Below are positions 23,073 to 35,660 of a stretch of 64,000 bases of DNA, one piece after another. Each line of letters starts with the position of its first letter. The first letter of the stretch is position 1. Position numbers and translations under genes: made by a program. The notes beneath the pieces are model-generated. The model did not search any database, had not been told where the DNA came from, and saw nothing but the letters and a program-made list of their open reading frames with translations. The DNA lies in assembly GCA_044892525.1 (NCBI GenBank), contig CM097885.1, forward strand, positions 104,346,001 to 104,410,000. The letters are read 5' to 3'. Source of the stretch: Schmidtea polychroa. Its lineage: Eukaryota.

Positions 23073-23337
23073 ATGAACAACAACAATATTCAAAGAGTTG
23101 ACGGAAAGATCGTTGGAGGAATTAATGGTAAATTTATTATTTTATTATTTTATTATTTTTAATATGATTATTAGGTACTAATCAACAAATGAATATCGAC
23201 GGACAAGCTGTAGACATGAATAGAATAAATGGTAATAGTTTACTATTATAATCATTATTATTTTATTATGCTTTTAGATGGAATAAATACTTCTGCTGGT
23301 TCTGATGCTGGAAAATTTCTTTCGAAAGGACGAAAAT
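23073..23337 (+). CDS. Micro-exon gene inside the Polinton (23073-23127, 23175-23231, 23278-23337, then an open donor)
   Basis: Three phase-1 exons of 55, 57 and 60 nt separated by 47- and 46-nt GT-AG introns read MNNNNIQRVDGKIVGGINGTNQQMNIDGQAVDMNRINDGINTSAGSDAGKFLSKGRK. GTAAGT donor at 23338; next exon not identified. Confidence 0.65.
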
Positions 23338-23380
23338 GTAAGTATTTATTTATTGTTATAAGTTTTTAAGTTTTTTAAAC

Positions 23381-23461
<81 letters not shown>

Positions 23462-23477
23462 TAAAAGAAGATTATAA

Positions 23478-23720
23478 AGAAACTTATGAAAAGAAGATAT
23501 TTTAAAAGAAGATTTATTTATGATGATTTTGAAAGGAATATTTATGAAAAGAAGATTTATTCATGAAAAGAAGATTTATTTATGATGATTTTGAAAAGAA
23601 GATTCATGAAAAGAAGATTTATTTATGATGATGATTTTGAAAAGAAGATTTATTCATGAAAAGAAGATTTATTTATGATGATTTTGAAAAGATGATTTAT
23701 TAAATATGATGATTTTGAAT
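23478..23720. repeat. Degenerate tandem repeat (gaaaagaagatttatt/tatgatgatttt units)
   Basis: About 8 imperfect copies upstream of PolB. Confidence 0.8.
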
Positions 23721-23981
23721 ATTATAATTAATAACTTTTATATATTATTTATGAAAATAAAATCTATTTTAGAAAATGAATTATTTATTTATGAAAATGA
23801 ATTAAATTATTTATGAAAACGAATTAAATTATATATTTTATAATAATTTTTATAGTATTTTTTTATAAGATACTATTTAAAAGACAATTTTGAATAATAT
23901 CTTACGAAAAATATCTTAAACTTTAAAAATGATTATCTTAATATTTTTTAAACATTTTATGATAAAAATATTTTCATTGGT

Positions 23982-26900
23982 TTGAAATACCAAAACTTTT
24001 GTAATAGTCAATATCATAATGACGGCGATGATATAATGGAAAGATATTATAGTCATAAATATAACGGTGTCACCTACATTCTATGCCCTAAATGTGAGGT
24101 TATTGAAGTTATAACGTATAAGGAATTTTATAATAAGCATAGACTCCATCTCCAACAATTTAAACCTTCTAAGAAGTCTCTTTTCTATAGCTTATATGAA
24201 TCGTTTGTTAACAATAATAATAATAATAATAATAATAATATCACCAGCAACAATAATATCAACAATAATGATAATAATATCACCAGCAACAATAATATCA
24301 ACAATAATGATAATAATAATATCACCAACAATAATACTAACAACACCAATAATAATGATATAAACGAAATAACTGAACTAAAAGATCAAGTAAATAAATT
24401 AAATGATCAAATAAATAATCTAATTAATATGAATAAAAGAAAAAATAATGAAAAAATAAATTCAATACCAAGTAAAAAATCTAAAGTTATTGATGTAATT
24501 ACAATAAGTGATGATGAAATAATCAACATAAGTGATGATGAAATTGATAATAATAGTAGTAGTAATATTTATTATAATAATGGTATTAATAATAATATTA
24601 ATCAAATAGGTTATGGTGTCGTAGATGTCACCAGTGATTTAAATAATAATCATATTATATTAAAAATGGACGTTTCGTCTTTAGATTTAAAAACGGTCTC
24701 TGTACCAGACATTTTAATAAATAAATTAAAATTATATGTAAATAAATTAAAATCATGTAAAATTCAATTTTGTCTAAAGGTGGAATTTATAAAAGATGAT
24801 GAGTTACAATCTTTTGTAATCTCGAATTCCGCCCGAGTTTGGAGCGATACATTCATTGACGAAGGTATTGCTCGTTTAAATGAAAAAATAATTAAAATTA
24901 ATGAGAAAGGTAGTAATTGGACTATCAATAAAATAGAATACATAAGCTTTGTTCTTACTAAATTTGCTGAAATAAGTCGGTTAAGTGGTAGAAGTTTTAT
25001 TGAAACCCCAAAATCTTTAAGAAACTTAAGCTGTCTCGTTAATGTAGTTAATAATGACCACTTCTGTTTTTTGTATAGTTTCTTGTCAATTATTAAATAT
25101 GATAGTATAAATAGGCAATATAGAAATCGCCCTAATTCATACAATCTTTCTGAAATTAAATTTGATCCTAATGATATGCCGATGAAACTATCAAATATAA
25201 GTAAATTTGAACAACAAAATCCAGGTTATAGTATAAATGTTCTTACTTATAACGAAAAGGCTTTGATTGACATTTCCGATGAAGATGCAGTTATGAAACA
25301 TCCCTTTATTGATATAATATACAGGAGTAAGATAGTAGGAGCCATACCTATCAATTTATTATTAATTGAAAAGAATGATAATTATCATTATCTTGGAATC
25401 ATAGACCTAAATAGATTCCTTAATTGTAGGAATAGTTCAATCACTCCTGTTAGGATTTGTAGTCAATGGTGCCCTAGATGTTTAAACGGTTTTAGGAATG
25501 ATGACGCTTTTAATAGACATAAGGGTCTTTACGATAAAAATCAGCTTGGTACTACCTTGTACACATTGCCTAAAAATAAATATTTAGAATTTACTGATTG
25601 GAGTAAAACAGTCACTCCTCCCTTTGTTATTTACGCTGACTTTGAGGCTATCTTACCTAAAGACACTCGCTACTTTCAACGTCATCTGCCTATTTCTGCC
25701 GGTATGCTTTTTATTAATAATTTCTCGGGCGTAAAGATTTATAAGTCGTTCACCGGTTTAGATTGTGTCGATCAATTTCTTACTGAAATTGAAATGATAG
25801 GGAAATATATTGTAACTCCTTATTATTATAAAAATTATCAAAAGAAAATGATAATTACAGATGAGCAGGAATTAATGTTTGAAAACAGCACATCATGCTA
25901 TTTGTGCAATAAGCCTTTAGTTAGTCCAGTTAGGGACTATGATCATTTTACCGGTTTATATCTCGGTGCCGCTTGTACAACTTGTAATCTGTCGAGGCAA
26001 ATTAGACATACCCTTCCTGTAGTATTTCATAATTTAAAGGGTTATGATCTGCATCATATCTTGAAATTTGGCCTTTCAAAATATCATTCATGGAATATTA
26101 GTTGTATTCCTTTAACCAGCGAGAAATTCCTTAGTCTTTTTGCTAGGATTGACTCATTAACTGTTAAATTTATAGACTCTTATCAATTTGTCAGCGAGTC
26201 TTTAAATAATGCTGTCAAAACTTTATCATCTTTACCCTTGACCGAATCAGAATTTCAGGGTACAATAATAACTGCAAAAGGAATTATTCCTTATGATGCC
26301 GCAACTTCATTAGAGGTTTTGCATAACACTCATCAGTTACCTCCTATTTGGAAAGATGTGACTCCCGCTGAATATGAGACAGCTCAGAGAATTTGGCTTG
26401 AAACTTCATGTACTTCACTTTTTGATTACACGATGGTTTATTTAAAACTTGATGTTTTCCTTTTAGCCGATTTTTTCCAGCAATTTAGAGCTAAGTCCAT
26501 TGCTCATAACCGACTAGAGCCATTAAATTTCTTAGGGATTCCAGGTATGTCTTGGAATTCAGCCTTATTAACTTTAAACTCTCCAATTGAGCTCCTCACC
26601 GATATGGAGATGTATAACTTTTTCGAGGGCGGTATCCGTGGCGGACTAACTTTTGTAAATAAACATTATGTAAAAACAGACCCGGATACCGCTTTGCTTT
26701 ACATAGATATAAATAATTTATACGGTTGGGCTTTAAGTCAACCATTACCTTGCAGTGACTTTGAATGGGTTACTGATGATAATTTATTAAATAATATAAT
26801 TGTTGAATGCACAACGGTAGATTTAGATCTGCTTGATTATGGTTATACCATAGAAGTGGATTTAGAAATACCGACGTCAATTCACGACAAACTGGACGAT

Positions 26901-28014
26901 CTTCCCGTTGCCGCTGAAAAGATGTGTGTACCGGGTTCGAAAATAGAGAAGCTGTTGCTTACACACAGCCCCAAGAGGAACTACGTTCTTCATTGGAGGC
27001 TTCTACAAATATTTATTAAATTAGGTGTTAAAATATTAAAAACACATAGAGCAATAATTTAAACAAGATAAAATTTTCAAAAATTATATTAACACAAATA
27101 CGGCGTTACGAGCAGCGTCGACAAATAAACTTTATAAATTATTAAACAACAGTCTTTACGGCAAGACTGTTGAAAATCTTAAAAAACGTATTAATTTACG
27201 TCTGTGTAATTCTTCACAGAGATTATTAACATTCTGTTCGAAACCGACTTTTCGTAAATCCACGAAAATCGATGATGACTTGATTTCGGTTTTATTGAGG
27301 AAGGACATAGTGTGTTTGAATAGACCTAGTTACATTGGTCAAGCCGTACTTGATTTATCCAAACTTCGCATGTACCAGCTGCAGTATGAAGAGTTGCAAA
27401 AATATCGCGACGAATTCAACTGCGAAATTAATATCGTTGCTGGAGACACAGATTCCTTCTTCTTGGAAATTAAACATTGTAGTCTTGACATTCTTTTACC
27501 TGCGATGATTAGAGATCAATTATTAGATACTTCGAATTATGACCCAAATCATCCTTTATATAGTAGGAACCTTGATTCTGTTATTGGTAAATTCAAAGAC
27601 GAGAATAAAGGGTTATTATATAAAGATTGGGTGTTCTTGAGACCTAAATGTTACAGTTTGATGGGTGATGAGGAAAGTATGAAGGCTAAGGGGATAAGTA
27701 TGAAAGATACTGGACTAACACCCCAGTCGTATCTAGATTGCTATTTAAATGATAAAATATACACAGTCCCTCAGTTTAGAATAACGTCAAAAAATCACCA
27801 ACTTTTTAGTATTAAAAATAATAAAAGAGCCTTGACATGTAGAGATGATAAGCGAAATTGGGTGGATAAAAATCAAAGTTTGGCATATGGCCATTATAGG
27901 GGCGGTGACACCGTTATATTTATAGATTCAACGGAAGCTATCTCAACAGATGATACAGATGATTTCCATGATCCAGCATATGATAATTATTTTGGACATG
28001 ATTATTTTCGATGA
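23982..28014 (+). pseudogene. Protein-primed family B DNA polymerase, frameshifted at ~27057
   Basis: Exo motifs VIYADFE, FHNLKGYD, YLKLDV; Pol motifs LYIDINNLYGWA, KLLNNSLYGK, GDTDS; endonuclease-VII-like Zn domain CYLC...DYDHFTG...ACTTCN. ORF 23982-27062 continues in another frame that is open from 27058 to 28014. Confidence 0.95.
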
Positions 28015-28034
28015 TGTGTTTAAATTATTTAATA

Positions 28035-28283
28035 AATGTATTAGTCATATTGTCTTGAATATTTTTTTTAACTTTGTGAACAATTTTTATACATTGTGTG
28101 TGTGTAATAATAATATGTTAAAGTTTTGTTAGTTACCTTTACCCAGTGTGTTAATATATTTAAAGTATAATTTCTTTGTTAATGTCTTGAATATTTTTTA
28201 GCAGTACATTTGTGACCTTTACCTTTGTGAACAGTACCCATAGGGGGACAAAATATCTTGTCGGATAGACTCGGAGTATATAG

Positions 28284-28327
<44 letters not shown>

Positions 28328-29088
28328 CATTGCGAGTTGTTGAGCGTGACCAGTACCCTTACGAACCGTACCAATAGAGGGACAGAATATTTTGTCGGAT
28401 AGACTCGGAGTATATAGATTAATAATAATTATATGACCTTGAAAATGGTCTCGGGAAAACGATAATAACTTTGTCAATATTAATGATGATGATACCTTCA
28501 ATAGCTCATTCGAAAGGTCTTGCACTAAGCTTTAAAATGAGCTATCGAACAATGAAATAAAATGATTGGAACGACAACTTTTGGGCAAACGAAAACCAGG
28601 ACTCCGCTGGACCACTAATAATATTTTGAATAATAATTTCACTATGAAAATAAGGTGGTCATGATTTGTTAATAACTTTGTCAATATTAATGATGATGAT
28701 GATACCTTCAATAGCTCATTCGAAAGTTCTTGGATTGAGCTTTAAAATGAGCTATCGATGAATAATTTTCGTTGACGGGAACTTTGAAAATATTTAAAAA
28801 TAAAATAATAATATTTTTTAAAAATAATAATATGACATTGATGAGTCATCACGATGAGTCATCACGACGATGAGTCATCACGATGAATCACCACGATGAG
28901 TCACTGCGATGGGTCATCACAATGGGTCACGACGATGAGTCATCATGATGAGTCATCACGATGAGTCATATGTCTTTGTTTAAAAAATAAAAATACCCCC
29001 TCCCCCCGGGGGGTATGACTCATATGTCTTTGTGACGCCATCGATGACGTCATATGTCTTTGTTCCCGACTCCACACAATACCCTACT
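28035..29088 (-). repeat. Right TIR of the Polinton
   Basis: Inverted copy of 13001-14096. Confidence 0.95.
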
Positions 29089-29094
29089 GGGCGT

Positions 29095-29450
29095 GCTATT
29101 TAAAAGACGCCTGTCAACCACTGGGAATGACCAGTTTATATTCTGCATGGCTGACGAACCACGCCTAACATGTTCTGTCATTAAATCATTTGACATGGGG
29201 TATGCCCAATGACTGCATCACTTAAAACAGCTAATCTGGACCATTTGATTCCAACTTGTCTAGGTATCTATGTTGCCATTCATGATGTTCAAGTTCAATT
29301 GGTTCATCTCACTGATTATCGGGAACATTCATATCATGGATTTCAACATCAGCCCCAGTCGGCAGAGCATCTGGTAAAAGTCATCATTATGGGTATTAAG
29401 AAGTAAATCAACTGCATCGCCACGATCATCCAAATCAGATAGTCCAACAA
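29095..29450 (-). pseudogene. 5' part of the hAT transposase interrupted by the Polinton
   Basis: Minus-strand frame HWAYPMSNDLMTEHVRRGSSAMQNINWSFPVVDRRLLNS joins TPESRSITTKWF on the other flank once the Polinton and one TSD are removed. Confidence 0.8.
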
Positions 29451-30547
29451 CTGTTTTAGTGTTATGAAGTGAAATTAAAGAATGCTTGATAGTAGCAGAA
29501 CTAGTAGCATTTTGTGTTCGAGCTTCTCTGAGTTTCTAGTATTCATATCTACTTAGCTTTTTTCTTTTTTTGTTAAACATCGAAATATGGAAATATAAAA
29601 TAACGCTGCAAATCAAAATTAGTTTACTGTCACTTTTAATCTTGGTATCTATAAGAAATATTCACTTTATATTTGCTTTAAAAATAGAATAATTAACGTA
29701 TTTCGAATGTTGATTAAAAAGATTAATCAACATTCGTTCAATTATTACAACAGAATGGTGTTTCCCTTATGTTAATTCTTTTTTGAAATTTCTAATCACT
29801 ACTTTCTTAACTATTTGTTGTACAGCTTGTGAATTCCCAAATGTACTTTCAAATTACCCATCTATGTAAAGTATTTTGTTGCCCCGATTACAACAGAATG
29901 GTATCTCTCCTGTGAGAATTCTCATATGGTACTTCACAGTACTAGTTTGTTTAAAGTGATTTCACCTTGCTGCACTGATTATCACTATAAATTTGTGTCA
30001 CTCAAGTAAATTTTTATTTTTTTATTTTTTAAATTGTAACTTTAAATTACAATGACAATTTAACAAATCAAAAATAGAAAATCACATAAATGACACAAAA
30101 TTATAATATCAACTAACACTACTCACATATTCACCTAACAGAAATAATGAAATATAACTTCAGATATTATATCTATACAATTTTTCTCCACTATGAAAAT
30201 TTTTCAAAGCATAACTGTTTTGGTCTCTTTTATGCTTATATTTTTACTTTAGTGACTGCAAATCCATTTTATATTAGTTGGTGATCAGAAATCTTTTATA
30301 CATCCATGATTTAATAATTTCTCATTTCAATTTTTTGTAATAGCCTATTGTAATTATTAATTTGAATTATTTGACATTCACCTTCAAAAGTCTCACGTAC
30401 TCTTGGAAGTTTCTCAAAGGCGTGAATATTTAATTAGGCACTTAATTGTGTTTCCGGTTTCGCGTTTAATAAAAAGTGAAAGGAGTTTATAATGTAAGAG
30501 TATTAGACTTTTTAAACTAGGTATGCGAGGCATTGGTTCAGTTATAG

Positions 30548-30803
30548 CAGTGGTACGCAAACTATGTGCCGAGGCATATTAATGTGCCGTAAAAGAATTT
30601 AAAATGTGCCGCTAATGCGAAAATATTTAGTACGAAAATATTATTTGCGACAAAAAACAAGCGCACTCATCCCATTAAATAAAATATATACATGTAATTT
30701 CATTTTATTAAAAAAATTCTATATAAAAGATACATTCTTTCTATTTGTGCCTTGACTTTTTTTTCTATTTTGTGCCGGGAGGTAAAAAGTTTGCGTAACA
30801 CTG
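30548..30803. mobile_element. hAT-type MITE, 256 bp
   Basis: TIR CAGTGGTACGCAAACT / AGTTTGCGTAACACTG (15/16 match); 8-bp TSD AGTTATAG at 30540-30547 and 30804-30811. Confidence 0.92.
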
Positions 30804-31045
30804 AGTTATAGTATAGTACTATTCGGTAGTATTAGTCATAATTGATTTATCATAATTTTAAATAATTTGATTTTTAAACCGAAAAGTTGACAAAATTATT
30901 TTTAAATAATATTTAATTAAAATAAATATATTTGTTTTAATATGCAAAATTATAATTTTATATAGTATTTATTTCAAACTTAAATTTAATAAATTTGTTG
31001 ATATTTAAAAAAATTTTTTGGTTATTAATAATATTTTTAAATAAC

Positions 31046-31753
31046 ATGTCAGACGAAGAAGATTATATGTCAGATGCTATTCTCTTGAAATTATGTGAAC
31101 CTAATTTAACTAAAAAGCAGTCTATTAAGAAAATTCCTGAATACACTCCTCCAATTAAAATTAAAAAACTTGAACAGATTAATAGAACTGAAGGCTTAGA
31201 AAAAAAAATTTCCTCCGACAATAAAGGGTATGCTATTCTTTTAAAAATGGGATATAAACCAGGTAAAGGATTAGGCAAAGACGAATCAGGAAGAGTAGAT
31301 CCTGTCCCCATTGATTTTAAAAATAATAAAGTCGGATTAGGTGAAAAAACTGTTTTAAATGATAAAATTGAATTTAAAAAAGCAATGTACGAAGATATTA
31401 AAATAAATTATAGGATTAATATGAGCAAACAATATGAAGAGAAGAATTTCACAAATAATTTAAATAAAATTCAAAGAATTTGCAGGGATTTAGACATGGA
31501 AAGGGATTTACAAGTTCCACTTAAAGATTGGTATTGGCCAAATTACAAAGAAAAGAAATCTAATTATGATGTTGACATTGAAGAATATTTCGAACTAGAA
31601 AGTTGTGATCTTTCAGATGAAGAAAAATTATTATATATTTATGAATATCTCAGAAAAATGTTTTTCTATTGTTTTTGGTGTGGAAGTTGTTTTTCGAATG
31701 AATCAGAATTGTCAGAAAGCTGCCCGGGATTTCTAAAAGAAGATCATGAATGA
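31046..31753 (+). CDS. GPATCH11: G patch domain-containing protein 11 (CCDC75), single exon, 235 aa
   Basis: MSDEEDYMSD N-terminus, G-patch NKGYAILLKMGYKPGKGLGKDESG...VGLG, C-terminal YLRKMFFYCFWCG...CPG...EDH (DUF4187). Confidence 0.9.
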   Translation: MSDEEDYMSDAILLKLCEPNLTKKQSIKKIPEYTPPIKIKKLEQINRTEGLEKKISSDNKGYAILLKMGYKPGKGLGKDESGRVDPVPIDFKNNKVGLGEKTVLNDKIEFKKAMYEDIKINYRINMSKQYEEKNFTNNLNKIQRICRDLDMERDLQVPLKDWYWPNYKEKKSNYDVDIEEYFELESCDLSDEEKLLYIYEYLRKMFFYCFWCGSCFSNESELSESCPGFLKEDHE

Positions 31754-32780
31754 TATCGAAATGGAATTGGTAATTCCTATCGGGTCATATTCGACATTTT
31801 ATTTGAATTGTAAATATAATCCGCTGTTTTTTTAATAAATTTGATTATTTTATTTTAATTGATTTCTTCAATGATGCAATATGCCGCTGATAATCGAATG
31901 TAATATTGATTGGATGTCTACAATTAGAGATTGCAATTGAATACGGTAGTTTATGCCAACATTGACAGTTCTCTCTGAATCGATATCTGGAATTTAATTT
32001 ATTCTTTTTTGTTAATCTTGTGCGTTTAATTTTGGATATATCTCTCTAGATTATTTGGAAATTATGAATCAGAATGGGCAATATTATTAAATCTTTCTGC
32101 TAATATTAATAAATGGTTTTAAAGGAATTTTCATTATGAATTGAATTTTGTTTGTTGTTTATTATAAAAGATTTCCTATCAAGAGCTCTTCAGAGATGTA
32201 ATAACGTATTTGCTTTTATTCTTTGATTTATATCCGTTATGAATTCTTATCCTATGATGGCTATTTTGATGTGTATTGTTTTCGTTATTGAAAGGGTGAA
32301 GTTGAATTGATGTCATCTTTGAGATTCTTAAATAAGCAATGGAGATTTAGTTAATTCAGGACTTGCTAACCGTCGCTAATCCAGAATACCGAATAAAGTA
32401 CTTATGAAATTGCACAAGTTTCCAGTCACTGGTTCAGTTTGAGAAATAATTAGTGGTATATCAAGGGTCGCTTATTAAATAACAATGAGACTATAATTAA
32501 GGTTTTATTAATATAAAAATATTAAATCTATAGTAAAAATTTATACATACAATGCAAATTTCCTTAAATACCTCAATTTGATTGGCCAAATAGATCTATC
32601 CAATAGGCTTTAAATAAAATAGTTTAATTAATCAGGTTGGACAACACCAAAGCGCATTTAATTATCATAAATGAGACATTCATTTAGCTTTGTTTTGGAT
32701 TTTAGTTAATTTTAAGATTTTTTTTAAAATAATGAATAAAGAAGATATTTAATTATTTATTATAATATACATTACATTTT

Positions 32781-33260
32781 TCAGAATTCACCTAAAATAT
32801 CCTGCTTCTTCAAGCATTTAGGGAAGAACCTTTTAATATGATTATAGTAATTTTTCAAATTACTATAATCATGTTTGCTAAGTTCCTCGATAACTGCTTG
32901 GGATATTGCGATAAATCTGTCATTGAAACTCATCCTGGAAAATCCATTAGCCGAGGAAACTTTAGTCCTTACCCCATTTTTAATCTTGCTGAACACACAT
33001 TCGATGAGGTTCAAAAATGAACTATATGGAGGCAACTTTTCTGTGATTGTTCAAAGATAATACATTATTGTGGATGGATGCATTATCGTGTATCAATATG
33101 AATCCAGAGCCATTCAGTTTCTCAGTCAATTCTGTTATAAATGACTGGTATGATTCCTTTCTAAAAGAGCCAATGATGATTTGTGAATGGATTGGCCCAT
33201 CTTTGGATATTGCCAAAACAAAGCATTTAAAGAATTCGCGATATATTCAAAATATATCCA
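32781..33260 (-). pseudogene. IS630/Tc1-like DDE_3 transposase remnant
   Basis: FILIHDNASIH, then frameshifted PPYSSFLNLIECVFSKIK. Confidence 0.75.
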
Positions 33261-34279
33261 AATATTATACAAACAAATACAGCTCCAAGAGTATAACTGT
33301 TTCCGTATTTATTTTACAATAATAGTGTAAAATATAATTGATATTATAAAAAATGTTTTTAGCCTTAGATAATTTTTTTGAATGTAATCCTAACTTTTCT
33401 CAAACGAGAAAACTTTAATTTCGATGAATGTTAATCTGATTGCACTGTAAACGAGATTTAAACGAATTTAAGGCAAACAAAAATACTAGCACTGAGAAAA
33501 CGAGCACTTACGGTGCAGAAACACACGCACAAGTATATATTAAAAGCATGTCTAAGAAGCAAATCTTACTGTATTTGGTAATTTCTTGATATTAATAAAT
33601 CATATTTACAAAGATCGTTGTTTTTATTTATAAATAATCACCAGTGAAATATAGTTGATAACTCACTCCTGGTTACGGAGACCTAGCATTCTAACACTAT
33701 ACGTACTATTCTAACCATAATGAGTTATATGCACCATTTATAACTAGTAAAATGTCATATTATTAATTAAAAATGGTCTTCAAAATATTAATGTGTTCAG
33801 ATTTATGTACGTATAGGGATGAAAGTATAGAACGGGTTGAATAAACAAGTACGTACGTATTTCCCTCCCGTTTAAACTGGCCAAAGTCAATAAAATCCCT
33901 GACAATAAGTAGATGAGAACATATCATTCATACATCGGGAAATTATAACAGATGGACAAATGATTGTCCAATTGAATTTTCGACAGATATTGCAATGAGA
34001 ATCAAAACCCAACTGACAAATAACAAAAGAGCACATTTTACTTTCGATTTAGACAATTCAATATTAAAATCAATAAAATTTGGAGGTAGGAAAACTAACC
34101 AATAAAGGAACTAAACGAGTTTGTTCATACAATTAACACAAAGGGCTTCACACCGAAGAAAATTTTAAAGTTACACAAATTTATTAAAATTCTCATTGAT
34201 AAAATCGATAAAAATAAAACAACGTAATAAGATAAACAATCAACAAAAGGCTTTAAAAATCTGTAATTAATCCGAACTG

Positions 34280-35182
34280 TCAACATTCCTTTGTCTTATG
34301 TGATCTACGCTTTACATTGTTTGTTTTCTTTTGGACTTTATTTAATGCTTGGAAATGTTTGGCAAGATGAATTTTAATGTTTCTGTAAATCACAGTCCCA
34401 CTGCGCGTTATATCGAATCGAACCACCACACCAGGTTGGCTCTCACAAGTATTAGTGCATAATTTACAGATAAAATAAGCCTTACAGTTATAAAACACAT
34501 CATTAACTTCATATAATTTCACCTCAAAGTCAATATATGGCTCCAAATTACAGTTAGAAAAGTGGCGGTGAGATCTATCTTTAATTGATTCATAAAATAA
34601 TTTAAGTCGATCATTTTCATTAATTTTATCTTCGCAAACTGGGCTAGAGTAACAACTGTTTAAAGAGATTTCATTATAACTCGTTTCTTTTAATCCAATA
34701 GGACTTATAATAGATTTAAATAAATGGCTTTGCTTCTTTAAATTGATGAAATAATCAGACTTTTCAATTTTGGGTAATAATTTTAAGCCTGAATTTCCAG
34801 CCGAAGCTTTACTGGTGATAAATTTATTCAGTTCCTGACTATCGTTCGATTCAGAAATGGATATGTTCATGTTTTGCTTAGGCATATTATTTATATCCAA
34901 AAGTTCTTTAATAGAAGCAACAATTTTCATTATTTCATCAGTACAACGTGGTGGAAATATAAATTCTTTTGGATTGTCAATAAATATTTCGTCAATATAT
35001 TTTTTTCTGTCTTCTTTTTTCATCAAAAAGCAGGCTTTCCCAATGTATTTTTCCATATTTGCAAGACTCTCTGCATTAAACGATGCGAAGTGTTGTATTT
35101 CCGTGTATCCACAAATAGCTAAGCATGCAGATATCTTACTTGATCCTAATTTTTTATCGAATATTTTATAAAGTTCTTCCAT
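34280..35182 (-). CDS. Uncharacterised 300-aa protein with a C-terminal C2H2/BED-like Zn finger
   Basis: Long clean ORF; CKLC...RNIKIHLAKH; possible upstream ATG micro-exon with a GTGAG donor near 35297. Confidence 0.6.
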   Translation of the reverse strand: MEELYKIFDKKLGSSKISACLAICGYTEIQHFASFNAESLANMEKYIGKACFLMKKEDRKKYIDEIFIDNPKEFIFPPRCTDEIMKIVASIKELLDINNMPKQNMNISISESNDSQELNKFITSKASAGNSGLKLLPKIEKSDYFINLKKQSHLFKSIISPIGLKETSYNEISLNSCYSSPVCEDKINENDRLKLFYESIKDRSHRHFSNCNLEPYIDFEVKLYEVNDVFYNCKAYFICKLCTNTCESQPGVVVRFDITRSGTVIYRNIKIHLAKHFQALNKVQKKTNNVKRRSHKTKEC

Positions 35183-35660
35183 TAAACTAAATTAAAAGTC
35201 AAGTATTAAATTCTTAACAAGAAAATTACTGATTTATTAATTATATTAATATATTACTGTAATTATCACTAAACCGAATAAAAAACTAAACTCACCATTT
35301 TGTATCATATTGTTTAAAACAAAAACTTTTTTTAGCGTAATCGACATTATAGTATATAATAATATTATATAATAATATTATTATTATATTGCTAGCAAAG
35401 TCGTCTAAAATGACAAGAAAATATCAAAATAATTATTTGCTAATTAAAATTTAATTTTCGAAAGTAAGTTTTAATACAATATTTCAGCATTTGTAAATTA
35501 CATTTTTGAATTTTAATAAATATAATAATTACTAGTGGATAAGCAATGATTTTGGAAAATTCTGAATTTCTCTACACAATAATAATTCATAAGTCTATGA
35601 AAGATTTTAACACGCATTTCATTATAAATTCGGCTGCAAAGGTGCGGTTATAGACTTTAA

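Larger units (their letters stand above)
13001..29088. mobile_element. Full-length Polinton/Maverick (adintovirus-like endogenous dsDNA virus), 16,088 bp
   Basis: Starts AGTAGGGTATTG (13001) and ends CAATACCCTACT (29088). 6-bp TSD GGGCGT at 12995-13000 and 29089-29094; ~1.1-kb TIRs. Encodes pPolB, rve integrase, ATPase, protease, major and minor capsid. Confidence 0.98.
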
